From Fibrobacteria bacterium (GTDB lineage: Bacteria > Fibrobacterota > Fibrobacteria > UBA11236): a DNA stretch of 17,708 bases. The number at the start of each line of letters is the position of its first letter. Position 1 is the first letter of the stretch. Where the stretch lies: NCBI GenBank assembly GCA_050486505.1, contig JBJHDK010000027.1:1-17708 (forward strand), given 5' to 3'. A program made the translations under genes and the position numbers. This document shows positions 1-6,794 of this stretch, piece after piece. The notes under the pieces were generated by a model that was not told the origin of the DNA, searched no databases, and was given only the letters and a program-made list of their open reading frames with translations.

Positions 1-182
1 ACATCGAAATCCTCCCGGACGCACAGGGCGCTCCCCGCGCCGCGTTTTCAGGAGCGACCGCGCGCAGGCTCCGGGAATGCGGCGCAACGCATTGTCACCT
101 CTCGATTTCGCACGAGGCGACCCATGCCGTGGCCTTCGCGGTCCTCGAAGGCTCCGGGCCCGGGCAGGAAAAAGTTTCTTGA
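1..182 (+). CDS. acpS: Holo-[acyl-carrier-protein] synthase, 3' end only (runs in from the left edge)
   Basis: Manual translation from nt 3 gives IEILPDAQGAPRAAFSGATARRLRECGATHCHLSISHEATHAVAFAVLEGSGPGQEKVS*, stop TGA at 180-182. It carries the AcpS C-terminal pattern IEIxxdxxGxP...hLSISH...AvAxxxLE. Not in the ORF track because the start codon lies outside the window. Confidence 0.88.
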   Translation, partial: IEILPDAQGAPRAAFSGATARRLRECGATHCHLSISHEATHAVAFAVLEGSGPGQEKVS

Positions 183-207
183 CACGCCAAGGACGGCGCG
201 TTAGACT
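179..207 (+). promoter_or_regulatory. sigma70-type promoter for the zinc-ribbon gene
   Basis: Perfect -35 TTGACA (179-184), 17-nt spacer, -10 TAGACT (202-207), with an A/T-rich tract just upstream (169-178). The -35 overlaps the acpS stop codon. Confidence 0.75.
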
Positions 208-242
208 TGGACACAGGAACTCCAACCGCGCGGAGGAATCTC

Positions 243-629
243 GTGAAGCCGATCGACATCAAGTGCCCCCAATGCAGGGAAAACAGCCAGTTGCAGCTGG
301 AAACGGAAGCCAGGATGATCATCATGACCTGTCCCGTGTGCAATACGGCCATGATGCACTATTACGGTGAAACGATCGAGATCGACCCTTCCGAGATGGA
401 GCGCATCCGCGGAAGCCAGCACATGACGACGGTTCAGGGCATCGTCCGGAATACGGGAAACCGCCTTCCGAACCGCCGTACAGCCGTCGTCCGGCACAGC
501 GACCCCCATCCCGTGCATCGGGCGGGAGCTCCCGTGCGTGAAAAGCCTTTCGGTCAGGACGACATCACCAACCTCAAGATCGAACTGGCCCTCGCGAAGG
601 ACGTGAACGACTTCATCCGCTGCATGTAG
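243..629 (+). CDS. Hypothetical protein with N-terminal zinc ribbon (CxxC...CxxC), 128 aa
   Basis: SD GGAGG at 232-236 precedes GTG at 243, in frame with track ORF 207..629. Sequence MKPIDIKCPQC...MTCPVC..., then a low-complexity linker and an amphipathic C-terminal helix DDITNLKIELALAKDVNDFIRCM. Confidence 0.8.
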   Translation: MKPIDIKCPQCRENSQLQLETEARMIIMTCPVCNTAMMHYYGETIEIDPSEMERIRGSQHMTTVQGIVRNTGNRLPNRRTAVVRHSDPHPVHRAGAPVREKPFGQDDITNLKIELALAKDVNDFIRCM

Positions 630-641
630 GCAGGTCGGGGA

Positions 642-670
642 TTTACCCTCCGTCTGCGTCTTGCTACATT
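642..670 (+). promoter_or_regulatory. Promoter for tRNA-Cys
   Basis: TTTACC (642-647), 17-nt spacer, TACATT (665-670) with extended -10 TG (662-663), ending 10 nt before the mature tRNA. Confidence 0.55.
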
Positions 671-680
671 GGCGATCCTT

Positions 681-755
681 GGCGACATACCCAAGTGGTA
701 AGGGAGAGCTCTGCAAAAGCTTTATTCAGCGGTTCGAATCCGCTTGTCGCCTCCA
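681..755 (+). tRNA. tRNA-Cys (GCA)
   Basis: Acceptor stem GGCGACA/TGTCGCC, anticodon arm GAGCT-CT-GCA-AA-AGCTT (anticodon 713-715), T-loop GGTTCGAATCC, U73 discriminator typical of tRNA-Cys, encoded CCA. Confidence 0.97.
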
Positions 756-775
756 ATTTTCAGTCCGACACTCAC

Positions 776-806
776 GGGTGGTCCCGGAATCAACCGGGTT
801 CCACCC
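776..806. terminator. GC-rich stem-loop between the convergent tRNA-Cys and tamA-like gene
   Basis: GGGTGG-T-CCCGG-aatcaa-CCGGG-TT-CCACCC. There is no U-tract on either side, so terminator function is uncertain. Confidence 0.35.
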
Positions 807-901
807 CGCTCACCTCCCCGAATCCCGGCAACAAGATCGCGGCATGCGACGGAACGGAATGGGGGACCCCCTGACTTCCAGCGCCATTCGGGTGCGCCCT
901 T

Positions 902-2752
902 TCAGAAAGCTTGGGCCAGGTCGACCACCCAGCGGCTCACCGAGCCGTCGAGGGGGTCGCGTGCATAGTCGAGTCGCAGGTTGAAAAGCGCCAGGAAACC
1001 GTAACGCAGGCCGATTCCCACCGCACGCCCCTCCCCGGATTCCGAGAGGGGATCCCCCACGTTCCAGACGTTACCGTAATCGGAAAAGGGCACGACCTGC
1101 AGTTCGTTGAGGCGGGCCGCGAACCCCCGCGTGGCTGCGTGGAATGGAAGGATGCGTAATTCGATCGAGCCCAGGGCGTAGGCCGGTTCAATCCCCTCCT
1201 GCACGCAGCCGCCCTCTGCGGTCTTGACCGGGCAGACATCGCGCCAATTACGGCTCCGCACGCTGCGGGGACCTCCCAGAAAAAATCGTGAGGAGTTGAT
1301 CCCGCCCGCCCCGAAGAACCGTCCGCCGTCGAGCCGGAGCGCCAGCACCATCCATCCCGAGAGCGGCAGGTACGTGGAAGCTTCGGATTCGATCCAGTTG
1401 TGGCGGGTTCCAGGGAGGTCGAGCAAGGGGCCGCCGTTCCCCCAAGTGAGCGCCAGCTTGCCGCCACGCGATGGATTGATGAGGTTGTCGACCCGCTGCA
1501 TGTAGACAGAGTTCAGAAAGTTGAGATTGAAGTCGCGAACCCGCGAAACCGTGTCGATCTTCTCGCTCTTGCCAAAAAGCTCCGCCGCGCTGACTCCCCG
1601 TGCCCACGGCGCAAGCTGGCGCGAAACGCGGCTCTGGTTCGAAACGTCGAAGTCGCCATCGTAGAGACCGGCATCGCGCATGAGCCGGCTGTCTTGGTAC
1701 CAGTTGACGACGAAATCGTTGTCGAAGCGGTAGGAACTTCCGAAAAGCAGCGGGGACGAGTAACCGGCGAGAACGGATTGCTTGCGCTGCGCGAAGATCA
1801 GACCTGTCCGCGCCTCCTGAAGCGAACCTCGCAGGTTTCCCTGCATCAGGGTCAGGTCGATGCCGAAGCCGTACTGGGTTTCCCAGTATCCCGCTGCCTC
1901 GATTTCTCCGGGAATGCGCTCCTCGGCGACCAGCGTAACGGCGCTGCGTGAAAAAGCCGTGGTGTCGGAAAGGCTGTCGCGCAAGCGGATGAAGTTGAAC
2001 ACGCGTGTCGACTTGAGTTTGCGCTCGTAGGTGTTCATGTCCCGCAGCGTCAGCGTGTCACCGGGATCGAGCGGGAAGAGCCCGCGCAACACGGATCGGC
2101 GCGTCAGCCCGGGGAGGCCGGTTGTGTCCCCTTCCCTGTGGATTCGAAACAGCAACGTGTCGAAGACGATCGCGCGGCCGGGATCGACGCGAAAAACAAC
2201 GTCGATGGTCTTGTCGTTGAAGTCGTAGTACAACGACTCGGCGGCCTGCGCGCGCAGGAACCCTGCGTTTCCGTAGAATTGCAGCAAAGCACGGCGGTCG
2301 CGGAAAAGGTGATTCTTGTCGAAGGCGCGCTCGGGGCGCACTGCCAACGCCGTGGAGTCGAAAACAGGGTAGTTGCCCTCCGGCAAGCGCACATGCACGC
2401 GGTCGAAGCGGTAGCGCTCGCCCTCGACGACTTGAACCTCGATGCGACGGGGTCGCACGCCCGCCTGTCCTTCGGGCAGGAGAAGTTGCACGGCGACTTC
2501 GGCATCGAAGAATCCCGCGTCGCGGTACCCCTCACGCACCAGCAGGGCCGCGTCCTCGGACCACGCGTCCCATTCGTCTGGATGCCAGGCTGGCAGCGGC
2601 GAAGGAAGGGGGAGCAGGTCGGCGACACGTCGCGCAGAGAACGCCCTCTCCCCTTCCACGACGATGTCGGGGCGGGCGGAAAGCTCGGCGGCCCCGAACG
2701 ACAGCCACGCGCAAAACGCGGTCAGGAATCCGGGGCGGGAGAAGCCGCGCAT
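902..2752 (-). CDS. tamA: Omp85 superfamily outer-membrane protein, TamA/BamA-like (signal peptide, about 3 POTRA domains, beta-barrel), 616 aa
   Basis: N-terminal signal peptide. POTRA signatures (IVVEGERAFS, YRDAGFFDAEV, VVEGERYRF, YGNAGFLRA, VDPGRAIVF). Barrel motifs DNLINPSRG, RFFLGGPRSVR, PFSDYGNVW, GIGLRY, LRLDYA, and a terminal Phe. ATG at 2752 overlaps the upstream stop (TGATG). Confidence 0.88.
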   Translation of the reverse strand: MRGFSRPGFLTAFCAWLSFGAAELSARPDIVVEGERAFSARRVADLLPLPSPLPAWHPDEWDAWSEDAALLVREGYRDAGFFDAEVAVQLLLPEGQAGVRPRRIEVQVVEGERYRFDRVHVRLPEGNYPVFDSTALAVRPERAFDKNHLFRDRRALLQFYGNAGFLRAQAAESLYYDFNDKTIDVVFRVDPGRAIVFDTLLFRIHREGDTTGLPGLTRRSVLRGLFPLDPGDTLTLRDMNTYERKLKSTRVFNFIRLRDSLSDTTAFSRSAVTLVAEERIPGEIEAAGYWETQYGFGIDLTLMQGNLRGSLQEARTGLIFAQRKQSVLAGYSSPLLFGSSYRFDNDFVVNWYQDSRLMRDAGLYDGDFDVSNQSRVSRQLAPWARGVSAAELFGKSEKIDTVSRVRDFNLNFLNSVYMQRVDNLINPSRGGKLALTWGNGGPLLDLPGTRHNWIESEASTYLPLSGWMVLALRLDGGRFFGAGGINSSRFFLGGPRSVRSRNWRDVCPVKTAEGGCVQEGIEPAYALGSIELRILPFHAATRGFAARLNELQVVPFSDYGNVWNVGDPLSESGEGRAVGIGLRYGFLALFNLRLDYARDPLDGSVSRWVVDLAQAF

Positions 2753-5700
2753 CACCACAGGCTCCAGAAGCGATAACGGTAACGCAAGCCGGCGCGCTGG
2801 CGCACGCGACGCTCCTCCTCGATGCCCCGCCCCTCGGGACGGGTTTCCACGGCGGCTTCCACCGTAAGGCGGTCACGCAGTCGCCCGGACCACGTACCGT
2901 CGGACAACCAGTCCTCGACGGGAGGGCGGAATTCCGCCGCGAGACGGTATTCCATGGGATTTGCAAGCTTGGCCTCGGGATGATAACCGGCACGGCCCTT
3001 GAAACCGACCCGGTACACCTCACGACTTTCGACCTCGAGCGAAATCGCTTCAAGGCTCACGCTGTCCGTCCCGACCAGCGCGCCCAGTCCCGTGACCTGG
3101 GACGACTGGATGAACCCTGCTGAGCCACGGGCGAAGCCGCGGGAGAGACGTTCATTGATGGCAGGCTCCAACAGTGCCAGTGCGGCCCCGTAACCACCTT
3201 CACCTCCCTGCATCTCCGCAACATAGCAGCCCTGTGTCATCGAATTGATCAAGACGACGGGCGCGACCTGCTCTCCGGTTGTCTGGCTGCAGTCGGTGTC
3301 ATAGGTGAAATTGACGTTCTTCAGGGTTCCGTCGAGGTTCACGAAAATCATGCAGGTCTGGCGCGTGTCCGGCCGGCAATCGGCACGCAGCCTTTTCTCG
3401 CCGGCGACCTCGAGGCTTCCTTCCTCAAGCGTGACATTGTCCCATTGAACCTCGAAATTCCGAATGGCGTAGGCCTGCCGCGATTGGCCGAGCTCCCCCT
3501 GCAGGCCGGTCAAGCGTCCCCGCACCAGGGTGTATGGGTAGACGCCCGTCACGTGCATGTCTCCCATGAAGTTCATGCGAAGCACGTCGGTATCCACGCG
3601 ATTGCGGGACCCGCCCGTTTCGACCCGGACATCGAGTTCCCATGGGCGCGCGCGGTACGCGGCGCCGGGTGCCGGCGGACGTGTGGGGGCAACGGGCCGG
3701 TTGAAAGTGGTGAAAAATGCCGTCACGTCGCGCAAGCCGATGCGCCGCTGGAAGAAAAAGTCGTGCAAGGTTCCGCGCACGACGGCCTTTGGGGCGTTCC
3801 CGACCTGCGCCGCGGGAGGAACCACGATCTCGACCTCAAGATCACGATATCCCCCCTCAATCCGGTAAGGGGAAGGAGGAAAGGCGAAGTGCCCCGAATC
3901 CGAAGCCGCAGAGGCACGCAGTCCCCGCGCCGCATCCCATGCGACGGTTCCCTCGAAGGGACCGCTTTCAAGGCGGCGTCCGTCCGCGAGCGCGAGATTC
4001 CAAGCGGTCCCCGTCACGTCGGCACGCAAGGCCGGAGGAGCAAGCTCAAATTGAAGGCGGGCATCGGCAGACCCGCCGTCGCGCGCAAGAACCTGTGCCG
4101 CGGGAACCCGCAGCGTTCCCCGGGCAAAGGCGAAGTCTCCCGTGACGGACTGCGTATCCGCAGCCGACACGTGCCCGAACGAGAAGCTGCCGGAGTCGAC
4201 GACCAGGCCCTCCCGCCAACCACGTTCCAAATCGGCATGAAAACGGGCAGTCACGTCGATTGCACGGAGCTTTCCCAAGGGTTCGATCGAAAAGTCTCCG
4301 AACATTCCCAGGTTTCCCTCAAGACTGCGCCACCCCGGAATTCGTCCCCATGCCGACACTCCGAAGTCGCCCGAGGCGAATGCCTTCACGCGGAAGTCGG
4401 GGCTTCCCGAGTTGAGGCGCGTGAGGACGGCGAGCATCGTGTCGTTCAATGCAGGATGACGGCGCGAAACCGTGGGGACAGTGATGCGCAGGGAGTCCCC
4501 CATCCCCTCGATCGCAAAACCGGGAACGCGGAGATGTTCCTCGGGAATCGCAAGACCCAGGCTGTCGACCTCGACGGATCCGGTCAGGCCCGTCGAAGGG
4601 GAGTATTCGAGCGCGCCCTCGACGCGACCGCGGACGGCGTGCAACGCGGCGCCGGAGACCGCTTGGACGTCTCCGATGCGCAGGCCGTCTGCACGCAGGG
4701 ACCAACTGCCACCGGTCACCGCCCGCAGGTTCCCAAGGCCCGCGAAAGTCCTCCCGTCGAAAGGAAAGGTGCCTCCGCCTGATAGGCGCGAATCTCCCGT
4801 CCGCAGATCCGCCGCGCGCACGCGCAGACTATCGGCGGTCCAATCGCCGCGGGCGGAAACGACCACACGGTTGCCCGCATGCATCGCATCCGCGCGAAGA
4901 TCCGCCTCGCCCGCGCCATCCTCCAGGTGCCAGCGAAAGTCCCCGTCGATGCGGGGATCGAGATCGGGAAGTCGCGACAACGGAGCGTAGGGAAACCGCA
5001 TGAATCTCAGGCCCGATGCCGTGCCCGACATCTCCATTCCCGGAAAATCCATTGCGAACGTCGCACTGCCGTGCCGGGTGTGCCCGGCCTCGAACCGCAG
5101 TCCGAGATCCGGAGCGCCCCCGGCATCGCGCCAATGCACGATCCCGTCTCCCGTGAAACGCTCACCCGAAGCGTGAATGGTCGCCGATACAAGCGTGTAA
5201 GCCCGCGAACTCACTTCCTGAACGGCCTCAAGGCTGTCTGCAAAGGCACCGTAGGCCCTTGGATCGCGCACGCGCGCGCGGATCCGCAAAACCCCGTCTT
5301 CCCAACGGCCGTCCGCTCGTGCGGACGTGTAGGAAACGTTCCCGTCCGTCCAAACGAGCGCCCAGGTTTCACCGGGCGAGACATCGCCCTCGAGATCGAC
5401 GCGACCGGGACGATCCCCCTGCCAGCGCAGCGTGACGTGCGACTGATCCCGCGTTGCAACACGCGCGGTGACGCGCCCCCCCGAATCAAGCCGGCCTTCG
5501 GTGATTTCGAAATCCAGCGGAAGCATCCAACGGTCGGCCACATTCCATTCACCACCGCGGAGGCTCGCGGTGAATGCGCCCGACCACTCGTCCAATCCGG
5601 GGGGCAGAGGCCACGCTTCGGGGTGCGTCCATGTGGCCCCGGCACCCAGCATCTGCCCTGCCCCTTCCGCACGTGCCTCCAGTTCCCCGCCGTCGGGGGA

Positions 5701-6573
5701 GAAACGTCCGGCCAGGTGCCAGCGCAACGATTCGGCCATCAAGGCCTCCTCCGTCGTGAATTCTCCGCTGAGAAGAATGTCGCGATTGCGCCAATCCGCC
5801 CTGGCCTGCAGTGACAGCGACGAGATCCCGGACAAGTCCGGCGACGCATCGCGGGGATCCCATGCCTCCGGTGCTGAGAGAAAGACCTCGAGCGAATCGA
5901 ACCCCAACCGCAGGTCGCGTTTGTCGCGGATTCCGGAGATCCGCGCGCTGTCTCCCGAATCCGTCCGAAGGGAGGCGCGATAGCGCAACGCGGGCCCGCG
6001 CCAGGCGGACTCGGCATCGAGGGCAAGACCGGGCCACTCTCCCAACCCCGCGACATGGCCCTGCAGCCGCAAGACGCCGCCCTCCAGCCCGCGCCGGCCG
6101 CGGCTGCGCCAATGACCGCTTTCGGCGCGCAGCAGCAGACTGTCGTCCCGCCGCGCCTCCAGCACGCCCCATTCGATCACGGTGGTCACGGGAAAGCGGA
6201 TGCCGGCCGGAAAAACGGGAGGATCATCAACCGGTGCACCTGCAGTCAATCGGACGATGACGGTATCGGCGCTTACGCTCAGGATGGAGGAGGAGGACGG
6301 AGAGCGACTGAACCAATTTGCGAGACGAACGGAAAAGCCCTTGGCCGAAACCCCGGTCGTTCCGGTTTTCACGGTCACGGAATCCGCTCCGAGTGAAAAC
6401 GGCCCGGAGACGACCGGGGCGTGGACACGCACAAGCAAGGGACCCAGACGCCTTTCGGAGTCGAGAGCACGCTCGACGGCACGTGCGGCGAAGACGAGTC
6501 CCACGGGAACGGAAACGACGAGCAGCGCGAGGATCGCAGCGACCGTGAATATCAATTTTCGCATGAACGTCAT
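2752..6573 (-). CDS. tamB: TamB/AsmA-like inner-membrane-anchored protein with C-terminal DUF490-like region, about 1270 aa
   Basis: N-terminal TM anchor (LIFTVAAILALLVVSVPVGLVFAA), long Gly-rich beta-strand repeat body, DUF490-like segment (WELDVRV...NFMGDMHVTG...LVRGRL...G) and terminal beta-strand AGLRYRYRF. Coupled to the Omp85 gene. Alternative start ATG 6564. Confidence 0.78.
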   Translation of the reverse strand: MTFMRKLIFTVAAILALLVVSVPVGLVFAARAVERALDSERRLGPLLVRVHAPVVSGPFSLGADSVTVKTGTTGVSAKGFSVRLANWFSRSPSSSSILSVSADTVIVRLTAGAPVDDPPVFPAGIRFPVTTVIEWGVLEARRDDSLLLRAESGHWRSRGRRGLEGGVLRLQGHVAGLGEWPGLALDAESAWRGPALRYRASLRTDSGDSARISGIRDKRDLRLGFDSLEVFLSAPEAWDPRDASPDLSGISSLSLQARADWRNRDILLSGEFTTEEALMAESLRWHLAGRFSPDGGELEARAEGAGQMLGAGATWTHPEAWPLPPGLDEWSGAFTASLRGGEWNVADRWMLPLDFEITEGRLDSGGRVTARVATRDQSHVTLRWQGDRPGRVDLEGDVSPGETWALVWTDGNVSYTSARADGRWEDGVLRIRARVRDPRAYGAFADSLEAVQEVSSRAYTLVSATIHASGERFTGDGIVHWRDAGGAPDLGLRFEAGHTRHGSATFAMDFPGMEMSGTASGLRFMRFPYAPLSRLPDLDPRIDGDFRWHLEDGAGEADLRADAMHAGNRVVVSARGDWTADSLRVRAADLRTGDSRLSGGGTFPFDGRTFAGLGNLRAVTGGSWSLRADGLRIGDVQAVSGAALHAVRGRVEGALEYSPSTGLTGSVEVDSLGLAIPEEHLRVPGFAIEGMGDSLRITVPTVSRRHPALNDTMLAVLTRLNSGSPDFRVKAFASGDFGVSAWGRIPGWRSLEGNLGMFGDFSIEPLGKLRAIDVTARFHADLERGWREGLVVDSGSFSFGHVSAADTQSVTGDFAFARGTLRVPAAQVLARDGGSADARLQFELAPPALRADVTGTAWNLALADGRRLESGPFEGTVAWDAARGLRASAASDSGHFAFPPSPYRIEGGYRDLEVEIVVPPAAQVGNAPKAVVRGTLHDFFFQRRIGLRDVTAFFTTFNRPVAPTRPPAPGAAYRARPWELDVRVETGGSRNRVDTDVLRMNFMGDMHVTGVYPYTLVRGRLTGLQGELGQSRQAYAIRNFEVQWDNVTLEEGSLEVAGEKRLRADCRPDTRQTCMIFVNLDGTLKNVNFTYDTDCSQTTGEQVAPVVLINSMTQGCYVAEMQGGEGGYGAALALLEPAINERLSRGFARGSAGFIQSSQVTGLGALVGTDSVSLEAISLEVESREVYRVGFKGRAGYHPEAKLANPMEYRLAAEFRPPVEDWLSDGTWSGRLRDRLTVEAAVETRPEGRGIEEERRVRQRAGLRYRYRFWSLW

Positions 6574-6728
6574 CGCCGCGGCACGCGGGCCGCATGTGCC
6601 CGGAAAACCCTCAATCTACAAGTGCATCGTGACTTCTCCGCCTCCCTCCGTGAACATTCGGCCGCCGTTCTCCCGAGGTCGGAATCGGGAGGATGAGCGC
6701 GTTCCAAAGGGGCGAAAATGTCAACTAA

Positions 6729-6737
6729 TGCTAGTTT
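6729..6737 (+). promoter_or_regulatory. Candidate extended -10 promoter for the PPIase lipoprotein
   Basis: TG-C-TAGTTT in the only AT-rich patch of the divergent intergenic region. SD-like AAGGGA at 6779-6784. Confidence 0.4.
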
Positions 6738-6794
6738 AAATGGCCCCCCGGCCCAAATCGGGGTGACCGAAACCAGACAAGGGAATTCTGACTC

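Noticed and set aside
756..901. Possible ncRNA or att site downstream of tRNA-Cys
   Set aside because: There is only one GC hairpin, with no recognisable RNA family features and no repeat of the tRNA end.
5196..5225. Second TGTAAG hexamer as another ECF promoter
   Set aside because: No CGTC follows at 16-17 nt, and it lies inside tamB on the antisense strand.
3445..5814. Long plus-strand ORFs (445 aa and 311 aa) inside the tamB-like gene
   Set aside because: They are antisense shadows with Arg/Pro/Ala-rich composition, no SD and no domain motifs.
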